64,000 nucleotides of DNA, from NCBI RefSeq assembly GCF_009914755.1, contig NC_060928.1, one strand, 5' to 3'. The number at the start of each line of letters is the position of its first letter. Position 1 is the stretch's first letter. The stretch comes from the human T2T-CHM13v2.0 reference genome, Homo sapiens. Shown here in pieces: positions 43,111 to 60,332 of the stretch. The notes beneath the pieces were generated by a model. The model worked only from the letters and a program-made list of their open reading frames with translations. It searched no databases and was not told the origin of the DNA. Made by a program: the position numbers and the translations under genes.

Positions 43111-43388
43111 TTTAAGTTACTGTATCCCATGGCTATATGTCTATCTGCCTTGCACAACTGTTAAATTTTTAGATAGAAACCATATTTTTTTGTTTTTCTT
43201 CTCATATTCTATATCATGGTATGGCTCAGTGAAAAGCTCTATAATTTAAGGTTACTGCATCCCATGGCTATATGTCTATCTGCCTTGCACAACTGTGAAA
43301 TTTTTAGACAGAAATCATTTTTTTTTGTTTTTCTTCTCATATCTTATATCATAGTATGGTTCAGTGAAAAGCTCTATAATTCAAGGTT
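43111..43388. repeat. Two-copy ~135-bp tandem duplication (L2-derived)
   Basis: 'gttactg.atcccatggctatatgtctatctgccttgcacaactgt...cagtgaaaagctctataat' begins at 43116 and at 43251. Confidence 0.92.
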
Positions 43389-43513
43389 TGGTAAATTAAA
43401 CTAAATTGATGGGGTTGAATTAAATTGAAAGAGTGTATCCAACTTCTCTTTTTATGAGTCTGTATTTTCCAAGTAACTTTTATGAAAGAAAAGATGACTT
43501 ATCCAAAGAATCT

Positions 43514-47019
<3,506 letters not shown>

Positions 47020-47159
47020 TGATATTCATTAATTTTTGATTTCTCAAGCAGACTTCGCAACTGGAGGAAGAATAAAATGACTAGACTAGGAGAATATGCA
47101 AACTATTAAGCTAGATTTCCCTTTGTAAATTAAAAAATTAGTACTTTAGTTTATCAATC

Positions 47160-47982
47160 CATTCTTTGTGGTGTTGGTTTCATGAATCATTTCAAAAACA
47201 ATGGATCACTCCTGCTAGCTCTAGTCATTTTGTTATTCTCATAGGAAAAAAATTAAATATGAAAATGAATAGAAAAGATATATATAGAAGCCCAAGGAAA
47301 AAATGAGCTGACCTCACATGCACGACAGGAAGGGCCACATAAATGGACAATATACAGAGATTTAATTTACAAAACAAAATATAAAATCTGCCTCTCAGTG
47401 GTATGATTCTCAAAAGTTCTAACTTTTATACTCAGCATCATGTTTTAGCAACTATATCTTACAAAGTCTGACCGACTTAATCATATCAACTTTAATTTAT
47501 GAGTCAATGAAGTATATTTCAGGAGGAAACATCAAATGATATTAAAATATTGATGGTTCATCTGCTCCTTTCCCTTATTATTTAGTTTTTCTTTCTTTTT
47601 TTAGCTAAACTAATGTAAAATTATATCTAATGACAGCAAGCTTTCCTTTCTTTCGACATAGTGAAAACTTGTATAATTATGAAATTTTTAAAAGGTTAAA
47701 GCCTTTGTTATTTATTTTAATTCAAATCCAGTATATTATTATACATATTCGGAGCCCAAACTATTCATCTTCATCTAAACCTTCAATTAAATTCCACAAT
47801 GCAAACCTCTTGGCTCTAGAATCACGTTTCTTGTTTATTCAACTGAGCCTGTGTCTTGAAAAAGTGTTGAAGTTTGGGGGTTTTCTGGTGAGAATCCACG
47901 TTCTGACATCACCTTGGTCGTGACAGTGATTGGCTGTTGGAAGGCAAAGAAGAGTTTATAGCCAGCAAGAGCAAGTGAATGA
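47160..47982 (+). promoter_or_regulatory. IBSP: IBSP proximal promoter
   Basis: Inverted TATA TTTATA 47955-47960, inverted CCAAT ATTGG 47929-47933, CRE-like TGACATCA 47904-47911, FGF2-response element GGTGAGAA 47887-47894, homeodomain site TCAATTAAAT 47783-47792, AP-1 TGAGTCA 47500-47506, CRE-like TGACCTCA 47309-47316, RUNX TGTGGT 47167-47172. Spacing fits the known BSP promoter with +1 near 47983. Confidence 0.9.
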
Positions 47983-48064
47983 GTGAGTGAGAGGGCAGAG
48001 GAAATACTCAATCTGTGCCACTCACTGCCTTGAGCCTGCTTCCTCACTCCAGGACTGCCAGAGG
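47983..48064 (+). other. IBSP: IBSP exon 1 (non-coding)
   Basis: Starts ~23 nt after TTTATA; ends at donor AGG|gtaaga (GT at 48065). Confidence 0.88.
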
Positions 48065-49910
48065 GTAAGATTTAATAGAACAACTTCATTATCATAAAAT
48101 TAGACACTCCATAGTTTACATCTCTGAACTTGGCTTTGAATTTTTCATTTAAATGATGTTATTGCATTGTACATGGTTTAATAATTATTTATCATTAAAC
48201 TGGCACTTCAGATTTTAAATTCTTTCCAAAAGGCTAAACTTATTAACCTAAGCATGTAAATAAGTTCTTAATACTATGCACATAAACTACATTATGCTTC
48301 TTACTTTCATTCTCTGCAAATCATAGCTTAACTGTTTGTTTTCTCATTCTGATGCATTCAAGATAACCTGATTGAAATACTATTTTGCATTTGCAAATCT
48401 GGCTAGATATATGCATATTTCTCTACAAATTATACCTAGTCTGTACTTCAAGTACATATGTTGTCTTTTCAACATATTAAACATTAGGTTTTGATGTTTC
48501 CTATAGCTCTAAAGTCAGAACAGAAAATATATTGTACTAACTAGAGAAATAAATACTGTTGGTAGTTTATCATACCCTTCCCAATAAAACTTGAAATTAA
48601 ATCCTCAAAATTCTCCTTTAAGAATGTTTGAATTGTTGTCTGGGTTAGTAGTGGTCACTATAGAGGTCTTGGCTTTTTGTTGACTCACAAAGTAAATAAA
48701 ATTAGATTTATATAGGCAGCCAATCCTGACTACAAGAACTACTTGGTTCTTTGTATTGTTATTATTATTATTTATGCCATCTTTTCATCTGGTTATTTTT
48801 ATTGTTATGAGAAATTTGTGTAATCAAAACTATTTCTATAATTCTATGTATCTAAGCTTTTAGCTCTTTAAAATATTATAAATATTCCGACCCTTCTCAC
48901 AAAGTGGCAAAGCAATAATCTTTCTGTTTTGCTGATGGGCTTGGTCACGGCTGGCAAAGTTCAAAGCATTATTTAGACCACCCCGATAGAAATCAGTGCT
49001 GCTTAAAAAGATGGGCTCCTTCAGGAGCAAAGCCTGTTTATTCCCAAGGGGCCATCAAGAACTTTTACTAAGATAGGACTGTGAGAAACTGTCTGGGCAC
49101 CAAAACCCAAAGACTCACTCTGACACACAAAAAGAGTGTGACTTAGGACCCAAGACAGTATCTCCAGGACTTAGTGTCAGATACTCAGTAAGGATGCAAT
49201 AAATCTTGGCTGATGATGACACAATACACAATTTACCAGCAGGTTTCAATATATGACATTGGTTTGCACATTTTAAGTATTATTTTCAAAATGTATTCAT
49301 GGGAAATTGCCATCACCACTACATTTTGCTTCCAAAATATTGCCAAAGCTGTGACTGTGTATGAGAAGGTGCTAACAGTTAAATGTGTATGTAAATGTAA
49401 ATGGCTGAGTGTTAGTAGGCTTTCAGCTAAGCTTGCCCAACTTCTATTATGATATAATTTTAAATACAATTTTATTAAATAGAATAAAATTAAGATAGGA
49501 TAGCATTTCACTATCTCCTTTTACTCATGAGGAATTTATGTGGAACTGAGGCTCTTTTTATGGCTGCAATCCCCAAGATTATTCAGGCCCTATTCCCACT
49601 TTGAGAGCTGCATCTTCGATTGTTCCATAGAATTGAAATTTTCATCCATGTCTGTCACCCTAACCCTGGAGAGCCCCTAATCCATCCCAGTACAGTCTCA
49701 TACACTAGCAGATGGAAAGCTTAAATGGAGCTGGAGAGCAAATTAATTTGAGGAAATCTGCCCCCGATATCTCAAGGCGAAACTCTGAAGAACTCCTCAT
49801 GGAAGCATCCTTAGCGGAGTTGCTGTTGCGTGCTACATGCTATCAGTGTGATATTTCATATATTATGGATCCTCTCTGTCTCTCTGTCTCTGTCTCTCAT
49901 CCACCCACCC

Positions 49911-49912
49911 AT

Positions 49913-49955
<43 letters not shown>

Positions 49956-49956
49956 C
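49911..49956. repeat. (CA)n microsatellite in IBSP intron 1
   Basis: Read directly; interrupted by TATA. Confidence 0.95.
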
Positions 49957-50056
49957 CAATTATTCCAAGATGTTCAGAGGAAAATTGCTCCTACTTTCCA
50001 TTTTACAAATAAATTTTTAGCCCAAAACCTATATAGAAGCTGGAAACCGCCTATAG

Positions 50057-50362
<306 letters not shown>

Positions 50363-50780
50363 TAATTGTAAACAAACAAACAGGGCACACAACTACACTA
50401 ACAATTCAATTCACTTAGCTGACACTCCATGTCAATATTAAGAGGGCCATTACGCCAGTGTGAAGTACCCTAAGTATTCAAAATCTCTTGCAGTAATGAA
50501 AAGGTCTTCCATTGAGAAATCACAAAAAATAGGTTAAAACCAAGTATGGAACTCAAGATTATTTAAACGGATGGGTTAAGTCAGTCTTATATTACTTAAA
50601 TGGAAGGAATAATTTGAAAATAAAAGGAATAATTTAGTTTTAATTAGTCAAAGTGATAATTACACAGAAATGAAAACAAATTAAATACTTCATCTTTGAA
50701 TATGAGTAAAAAAGTTATGCTCTTAGTTTTAATATTTTATTAACCTTACCACTTCATTAATTCCAGAAGCAATCACCAAA

Positions 50781-50834
50781 ATGAAGACTGCTTTAATTTT
50801 GCTCAGCATTTTGGGAATGGCCTGTGCTTTCTCA
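50781..50834 (+). CDS. IBSP: IBSP exon 2 coding part (exon 50767-50834): signal peptide MKTALILLSILGMACA + FS
   Basis: ttccag| acceptor, aaaATGa start, |gtaagt donor; 54 nt. Confidence 0.98.
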
Positions 50835-50926
50835 GTAAGTTCTTTATCAAAACCCACAGTTATTTTCAGTTTTGTCTTTTTATGTAAAAGAAAAATTATG
50901 CAATAATTAAATGTTCTTTAAAACAG

Positions 50927-50977
50927 ATGAAAAATTTGCATCGAAGAGTCAAAATAGAGGATTCTGAAGAAAATGGG
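50927..50977 (+). CDS. IBSP: IBSP exon 3: MKNLHRRVKIEDSEENG
   Basis: aacag| ... |gtaatt; 51 nt, phase 0; SEE phosphorylation motif. Confidence 0.98.
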
Positions 50978-51072
50978 GTAATTAATTTTAGCATACTTCC
51001 TTGGCCTGATTATACTTGCTGTATATTTATTGCATATTAAACATGAATATATCATTTATTTTGTTTTTGCAG

Positions 51073-51150
51073 GTCTTTAAGTACAGGCCACGATATTATC
51101 TTTACAAGCATGCCTACTTTTATCCTCATTTAAAACGATTTCCAGTTCAG
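51073..51150 (+). CDS. IBSP: IBSP exon 4: VFKYRPRYYLYKHAYFYPHLKRFPVQ (Tyr-rich collagen-binding region)
   Basis: tgcag| ... |gtaaat; 78 nt, phase 0. Confidence 0.98.
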
Positions 51151-54100
51151 GTAAATATAGAAATTCATTTTTCTTCAGTTTAATTTCTATTATAATTTAA
51201 AGGAGATCAAATTTTAACTATAAAACACCTAAATTCAACTCTCACTGAAATTCAGTCAAAAAGACTGCTTACTATAAGAAGTTTGTTTTTAGGGAAATAA
51301 GGTTTATTTCTAAGTTCTCTTTTAAGGCAGACATATACACAGAGTAAAATCATTTGGATCATTTGGGTACAGTCTAGAATGATATAATAAAAACAAACAC
51401 TGTAGCACATTGAGCTCTGGTATTTTTGCTAACTCACAGACAAAAGTGGACAGTTTTATCAGTTGTTGACCAATTCCATCAGTGATAAGGTCACTGGCTG
51501 TCCTATTACAGCTGATTCAATACTGTCAGATAGCTGTTTACATGTGGCACTGCAGAGTCCTTTAATTGGTAGGGGAAAATTTGACTTCATAAACATCAGA
51601 GGCCATTGTTTTTAAAAAACCTTGATAATCAATGGTAATTTCTGAAGATTTTCTGCACCTTAACCTGTGTGGGTCACTAGAGCAATATGTCATACACTGG
51701 AGCATAATCATAATGGTAAAACTGCAGAGGAAAAAGAGAAATTCATGACGTGCACCAAAAAAGCTTGTGAGAAAAACAAACCATCCCTTAAATTTGTAAA
51801 CAAAAAGGAAAATAACTAAAAAAAAAATAAGAGTTTCCAATTTTGCCGGGTTACCTGTGAAGAGTGCCTTTGAAAACCAGAGGGTGTGGTGTTGATTTTA
51901 AATATACAACAAACCAGGATTGCACTATTTTTAGTACCATACAGTTTGGGTTCAGGACACCAATTATGCACCACTTGACCCAGGACTTTTGAGACACTAA
52001 AAGCAGTCAGGATGCTGAAAACGATGCCTCAGCACAGTGGCTTGGCATTGCATCTTACCATATGTTGGGCTAATCCATCTCTAACCCCTACAATGATAGG
52101 AAATGATCATTTTAAAGTATTTCTAGCACCAGCATAATTATGGGGAATTTGTGTGGCCACAAAAATATGAGCATGAATGAAACAAGAGTTGTGGGTTTTC
52201 AGAATTGTATTCCCTTCTTTGGTTCACCTCAGACCCATAAATAAACAGTGCTCATTTGAAAGTTTGCTTTGTTCTCTTTTTTAAACTAAATGGAAATGAT
52301 AATAAATTCAAGTCTCTGACTAGCTCCTAAACTTTTCTGAAATATTAGGTACATAGAGATATTCATTCCCATCTGGATATTTTTATAGATATGTATGTAT
52401 GGGCCCATTAAAATGTCCATAGTGAAGCAATATTAGGAGGCATTACATTTCTCAATATTGATAGACCTGAGGTTTGTAGATCAAGGAGATCTTTAATATA
52501 CAAGTTTTTTCACAAATTATATGCAGATAGGCCCATCTCAACTAATGTAGAACTTGTAAGATAATTGTTTTTAAATAAAATTATATACAATATATCTCCC
52601 AATCCTACTGTCTGACCTAGTATTCATGACCCATTCTTCTACTTTACAAAATTTGATTTTCTTTAAGTGTATTGTTAGGTGTTTAGTGCCCATGTTGTCA
52701 CCCCAAAACACATTAATCTGTATTGGCTTTGAAATTCATGTTTCCATCAAACAAATCTGCATTTATATACAATCATTTCTAAATTACCAAGTTACAATGA
52801 CATATGTTATTTGGATTGCAAAGTGATCAGCAAGCTATCTATTGTGGCTTATATATCTGCTAGACTATAGAAATGAAAGTTTAAGTAAACTTAACATCCT
52901 AAGCTTCTTTATTGAGAAAATTGTCATTTTGTGATTCAAATGATATTTTATTAGTTGAACTCATAGAAGGTAAGAATTTAATCTTATATTTCCTTTATCG
53001 GACTCATCTCAGCTATGACAAGAGTTGTGGGTTTTCAGAATTGTCTTCAATTTCAGAACTCTTTCATCTATCTGTGTAGACAAATGAAAGACTTCTTGGA
53101 GAATCAATTGGACTTAGCAACAAATTGGTAATAATGCATAAATGAAAGATAGGAAAATGCCAAAGCTTCAAGGCATTTCATACAGCTTTTAAAGTGTTCT
53201 CACTGCAGACACTAATCGAAGAGTGATGTGGTTGAGCTAGGGAGAAAGCCAGAGGTGAAGGAGCATGTGAAGTGATTGAAATACCCCCACTGAGAGAAAC
53301 AGTTCTGATTGCATAAATATACTGTCCTCTATAATTAAGTTAACTAACAAATAGAAATCGTCCAAATATAATACTCTATTCACCCTCTGGGCTAGGGAAG
53401 GCACAACCATTAAGGTCATGGCAGTGGAAGAACAGGTTTAATTATTCTCTTTTCCACCTGAGGTTATTCCTGGCTCGAGGTGACAAGCATTCCCTTTCCT
53501 TGGGTGGATGATGTGGCCATCTGAAGAATGAGCCAGCAGGGACAGTCCCACAGGACCTGGACATGAATGTTGTCTCACATTTGATTTCTAACCCAGAAGT
53601 TAGAGATCCTTCTGCAGCTATATTTTCTAAATGCAAGACATTAACTGGGTCATCAGAATCAAAGCTAAATATTGCAGGGAAGGAAATGACAGAATCTTAG
53701 ATTGGAATTTACATTTCCTTTCAAAAAGTAGCAAAACTCTTTAGCTTATAATTATATTTTTATATACAAAATCTTAATTTATTCTCATTCAACACTGAAC
53801 TTGTTAGAGGGATATTACTCTACACAACCTCCCAAATAATTAAATGAATAAGTCATAAGACTTTTACTTCACATGTATAAATTAACCTCATTTTAGGAAC
53901 TGGCTTTAATCAAATTTAAAGATACTAAAAATTATATGCAAATTAAATGCTATTAAATTAAGTGCTAATTTAAATTCAACAGGAGAGCTCACTATGTAAG
54001 AGAATCATCTATAACAACTTTTATAGTAAGCTGAATGATTTCTTTCATGTTTTCTAAATAAAATTTTAAAATGTGAACTATATCTTAGCCCAAGGTCTGC

Positions 54101-54540
54101 CTTGAACCTGCTGGAGAAGTCACAACTTTTTTAGGCCGCTGATTCATTCTCCATAAAATTTAAAAATTGGACCAGTTAATTCACTTGTTCTCTCAAAGTT
54201 AAACAATTCTGTGATTCATTGCCCTAGTTTTTACATACAAAATGTTTCAATATATTGTCAATGCTTTGGAAGTTGACAAATGGGACATCCAATTCATATC
54301 TTGATCATAGTAAAATGCCTATTTTTCTCTAACTTCATTTTGCATGTCTAATCTCCTATCTTTCTCACATCAGTATGCAATCTGTTCTTAGTAAACAAGT
54401 CAGTCAAGATGGTAATACTAATTAGATTGAGTAAATATTTGTGTGTATTTTATTGTGATTCAATTAGCAGGAAATTTAAATTGCTGTTGAATATATTTGT
54501 ACACAGATAAGAGTATACATACATGTGTATATATTTTTAG

Positions 54541-54603
54541 GGCAGTAGTGACTCATCCGAAGAAAATGGAGATGACAGTTCAGAAGAGGAGGAGGAAGAA
54601 GAG
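54541..54603 (+). CDS. IBSP: IBSP exon 5: GSSDSSEENGDDSSEEEEEEE (first poly-Glu)
   Basis: tttttag| ... |gtaagg; 63 nt, phase 0. Confidence 0.98.
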
Positions 54604-54856
54604 GTAAGGAATTTTGCAATCTTTTCGTAATAAAGCAGACAGCACAAGAAACAAATAGGAAACTAGTCTATTGCATTCTGGACTCAGCAAATAGCCATTG
54701 TCACTTTACTAACTGCCCATAATATCCTATTTTGGATAAGCAGAATTTTATTTAAATTAGGATCCACTAACATGACCTGTTTAAAACACTATTGCAGTTT
54801 GGGGTTGAAATTACTTACAAATGGTGCTCAAAACCAAAAATCTCTCCCTTTTAAGT

Positions 54857-54921
54857 AGAAGTAGTATAAAATCTGATAAAAAGCAACAGAAGTAGTATAA
54901 AATCTGATAAAAAGTAACAGA
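54857..54921. repeat. Two-copy 31-bp tandem duplication (intron 5)
   Basis: agaagtagtataaaatctgataaaaag(c/t)aac twice, one mismatch. Confidence 0.93.
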
Positions 54922-55141
54922 TAGCATTACTTCTATTTAGGTGGATAGAACATGATGTTAGAAGACAAGTGAATAGTAATCCTAAACTCAGTGCAAGACT
55001 TGTTTTAAGGACTGAACTTTACAATTTAATTTACCAAGAGGGTAATATGTAAAAACCCGTATATCTCCTCTACAATATTATTGTGATTCATCAGCCTTTC
55101 ATAACCCACAAAGTAGGGTTATTCTTTTTAAAAAAATTTCA

Positions 55142-55454
<313 letters not shown>

Positions 55455-56588
55455 TCATATGTCTTTTTGGGTAGTAATAAAATTCATAGGTATATAAATA
55501 TCTTCCCATATAGTTTTACAGATTAGTGTAGTCCTGGGCTAAGAATCATCTACATGTCTTGGAAATTGTGCTACCATGTTTATAACTGATACTCTTGCCT
55601 AAGGAAACATACCAATTAGGATGCATCTTTCCCGCATAGTCAATTATAGCTACCACTGGTTTAGGAACCTTTTAAATTCAGCTTTTCTCAGGTGCTATTT
55701 ATGAATGGACAATGATATTCAAAAATGGATCATGTATTAACAGCTGTCTTGAAAACAAAATGGTGTGGGAACTTGAAAGGTGACGAATCATTAGTTTGGT
55801 ATATTTTTAACTATAAAAGTAACATTTCCCGTATCATAATTTATACTAACATCTTGAAGGAAGGCCTTACAAGAATGTTAAGCCAGTACCAGGAAAAATG
55901 CCACCCACTAAATCCCACAACATTTCTGCTGGAGTTCCACATAGCAATCTTACACAAGAACTAGGCTAAGGTTATCCATTTAGTTATAGCTATTTGCTGT
56001 ACAGTGATTGTAAAATTGCCTTGTCAACTACATTTCCCAACTAGATTGCATAACTTTTGGGAGTGGCTCTTCGTTTGTTGTTGTGGTGGTTGAGGACTGA
56101 GGAAGACTAGGACTTCTTTGGGGACTCTGATGAAATCAAGTACACACAAAATTTTGCCAAGGATCTCTGAACATTTAAGGTCTTCCCAGAACGTGTCTGC
56201 AGACACCTCATGACCATAGGTTAAAATCCCTGCTTTGGGGAAGAGCCATGCTACTCAGTTTTATATCTCTTCATGCTGCCTAGCATAATTTCTTATACAT
56301 ATATGGTGCCCAGTACATATCTGGTGGTTTGGTTTTGAAACTTCAGAGGAATAAATGCAACAAACTTCATTCATTAAAAGTAGTAATGGAAAAGCGGGTA
56401 AACAAAACCAGAAGTCTTTCATCCTGAAGAGATTCTGAAACATCTTTTTTCCTCATTCTCTAAAATGTTATTAGCAATTTAGGTTAAATATAGAGTCCCC
56501 AGGGATTGTATTTGTATGAGGAGAATACTTAGGCATATTTTCTATTTGGTGATCACACATTTCCTTTTTCCACTCCTAAACTATTTAG

Positions 56589-56899
<311 letters not shown>

Positions 56900-56904
56900 A
56901 TAAA

Positions 56905-57570
56905 AGAAACTTTTATTGAAATATACATAATAAAATTATCCTAATTATACATCTCATTGAAATTTCAGAAATTGAACACGTAAGTGAAACTAGCACTCAT
57001 ATCAAAAAGCAGTGCGTGCCTTGTGTTCCATTCCACTCATTAACAAACCCCTACCAAAGGCAAGCAGTATTTTGACTCTTAATAGATTGACTTTGGCCTG
57101 TTTTTGTATATTATGAATGTAGGATCATACATGATTTACTCTTTGTGTGTCACTTCTTCACTCTCAAATTTAGAGATTTATCCATGTTGTTCTGTAGTTG
57201 TAGATCATTTATTCTCATTGTTAGTATTTCATTACGTGAATGTACCAAAATGTGTTATTCTTCTGTTGATGGGCACTTAAGTAGTTTCCAAGTTTGGGTG
57301 ATTACAAAGTGCTGCTATGAACTTTCTAGAACTTATTCTGGTGAACATATACATATTCATTTCTCGAGGCCATTTCACCTAAAAGTGAAATTTCGGAGTC
57401 GAAATCTACTGAGGCATATATATTCAACCTTAGTAGATGGCAACCAGCTTTCCAAAACAGACGTACTCAGGTAAACCCTCACCATCCGTGTATGAGGGTT
57501 CCGGTTGCTCCACATTCTCACCAACACTTGCTTCTTTCAGTCTTGTTAGCCAATCTAGTGAGTTGATAAT
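56905..57570 (-). mobile_element. Old L1MC/ME 3' fragment
   Basis: 'ttctgttgatgggcacttaagtagtttccaagtttggg', 'gttgctccacattctcaccaacacttg'. Confidence 0.7.
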
Positions 57571-58369
57571 ATCTTTGTAAGCGCAAATTAGTGCTATTTT
57601 TCTATCCAATAAAATTTGTGAAGCCTCATACCCATCAACAGTAACCTATTTTCCTATGTAACTCATGTGCAGCGGAACATCCTTAAATAAAGTATCTGGG
57701 AAAAGAAAAGGTGTAAGAGAAAATATAAAAGTTGGGATATTGGGCCTTTAGTTGTGACCCTACCACCAATAAACTGCTATCTATTTGACCTCATATGAGT
57801 CATATAAGCCAATCAGATTTTTCAACTGCAAATAGTATATTCTTCTACTCTGGGGATCTTTCTAAGGATGGTAGAATAAATTTCTCCTTCTACCTCTGAA
57901 ACATCTGTTGGAATAAAGCATAAACATAAAACAATAAACAAACAGCATGGTGTTTTGGGGATATTTGACACAATTAGCTTGGAGACTGTTTGGGGTATAC
58001 TCTGGTGGTATTGCAACCCTTCACTGAAATAGTGAAATTTACAAATTTGATGAAACAAACATGTGGTGCTTTAGTCACTTTGTTTTAATAATAGGCTAAA
58101 TATTTGTTTGTTTGTTTTAAACTTTAAAAGTTATCACAATCTCTTAAAATGTATTGAAGTGAATTCAATTTTCCAGTATTTGTTTAAAATAAATAAATTG
58201 TATATATAGGAAACCTTGACTTTTTATATTAGCTACAAATTACACTGAGATCAACTCAATTAAAAAACAATTGCCTCACGATATGATATAAAGGCTAAAA
58301 GATTAAATATTAAAGATTATAATAGACATTCATTTGAAGAGTATTAATTTTTTAAAACACCTTCATGCA

Positions 58370-58672
<303 letters not shown>

Positions 58673-59027
58673 TCATGCAATAATATATCACTAAGAATTT
58701 CTTAGAGTGTTTAGTTTCTTCTTTGTGCAGAAAAAAAATGATGTGTCAAATGCCTGAAACACAAGTATTTTTTAATTGATAAAATACAAAGCAGAAATAT
58801 CTAAAACATATAGTGTGGAGTAAGGAGGATTCAATAACTTGGAGTTGAGCTCTTGGAAGTGAGAAGTGCAAATGGCATAGGGGAAGGCAGGCTTTGAGTG
58901 ATCAGCCAGCTGAGGGATGCAAAGTTTTTCCAAATAATAAACCTTCAATAAATGATTCACAGCTCCAGTAAATCTTGAACTATCTTCCAGGTAAAATAAT
59001 TTTTCTTACTATGAATATTTTTAACAG

Positions 59028-59186
59028 GAGACTTCAAATGAAGGAGAAAACAATGAAGAATCGAATGAAGATGAAGACTCTGAGGCTGAGAATACCACAC
59101 TTTCTGCTACAACACTGGGCTATGGAGAGGACGCCACGCCTGGCACAGGGTATACAGGGTTAGCTGCAATCCAGCTTCCCAAGAAG
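59028..59186 (+). CDS. IBSP: IBSP exon 6: ETSNEGENNEESNEDEDSEAENTTLSATTLGYGEDATPGTGYTGLAAIQLPKK
   Basis: ttaacag| ... |gtaaca; 159 nt, phase 0. Confidence 0.98.
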
Positions 59187-59783
59187 GTAACAATGGAATT
59201 ATTCCTCCAAAATGAAATTATTACCATTAATAATAATGGTAATGTTCAATCTTTTTTAAACTTTTTAACTGGAGTCTAAGGGTATCCTAACACTACACAC
59301 ATAGTATTTTATACTATCTTCATTAACTCGCTGAAGTGAGAGCAGATACAATTTTCCTATTTACAAATAAGAAAATATCTTCTCCCAGGCAAGTTCTCCT
59401 ACCATGTTATTACACTGACTTTTACATTATAACAGAAGACTAAGAACACACCACTAGGCATGGATAAAAGGTCCTGAGAGATACCATGACATTCCAGGGA
59501 AGAGAATTCCAAGACAGAGAAAGTGAGTAGCAAAACGATAGGAAGACTCTCCCCCAGGAAAGGCATTATCTTTAAATAATGGCACACTTTCCCCATCAAA
59601 ACCCATGACAAAGGGGTTTATCCTGAAGTTTTAAAGCCCCCAATCATTTTGTAAATTAAAGTGGCCTTAATTCAAATAAGACGCCTAGAATAAGGCTGTC
59701 AGTATTGTGTTGCATGAAATGATGGCCTTAAATTTTACATTTTTCACAGCTAGATTTGGGTTCTTTCAAACGTTTCCTTACAG

Positions 59784-60332
59784 GCTGGGGATATAACAAA
59801 CAAAGCTACAAAAGAGAAGGAAAGTGATGAAGAAGAAGAGGAGGAAGAGGAAGGAAATGAAAACGAAGAAAGCGAAGCAGAAGTGGATGAAAACGAACAA
59901 GGCATAAACGGCACCAGTACCAACAGCACAGAGGCAGAAAACGGCAACGGCAGCAGCGGAGAAGACAATGGAGAAGAAGGGGAAGAAGAAAGTGTCACTG
60001 GAGCCAATGCAGAAGGCACCACAGAGACCGGAAGGCAGGGCAAGGGCACCTCGAAGACAACAACCTCTCCAAATGGTGGGTTTGAACCTACAACCCCACC
60101 ACAAGTCTATAGAACCACTTCCCCACCTTTTGGGAAAACCACCACCGTTGAATACGAGGGGGAGTACGAATACACGGGCGCCAATGATTACGACAATGGA
60201 TATGAAATCTATGAAAGTGAGAACGGGGAACCTCGTGGGGACAATTACCGAGCCTATGAAGATGAGTACAGCTACTTTAAAGGACAAGGCTACGATGGCT
60301 ATGATGGTCAGAATTACTACCACCACCAGTGA
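59784..60332 (+). CDS. IBSP: IBSP exon 7 coding part: second poly-Glu, Tyr-rich C-terminus and RGD
   Basis: ttacag| acceptor; 182 codons plus TGA; RGD at 60234-60242; exons sum to 317 aa, the length of human bone sialoprotein. Confidence 0.99.
   Translation, partial: AGDITNKATKEKESDEEEEEEEEGNENEESEAEVDENEQGINGTSTNSTEAENGNGSSGEDNGEEGEEESVTGANAEGTTETGRQGKGTSKTTTSPNGGFEPTTPPQVYRTTSPPFGKTTTVEYEGEYEYTGANDYDNGYEIYESENGEPRGDNYRAYEDEYSYFKGQGYDGYDGQNYYHHQ

Noticed and set aside
58981-58996. tatcttccag|gtaaaa as a recursive splice site or alternative acceptor before exon 6
   Set aside because: It is only 37 nt from the true acceptor, too short for a residual intron and frameshifting if used as an acceptor.
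59740-59783. Upstream ttttcacag as an alternative exon 7 acceptor
   Set aside because: It would add 34 nt and shift the frame; only the 59784 acceptor gives the 317-aa protein.
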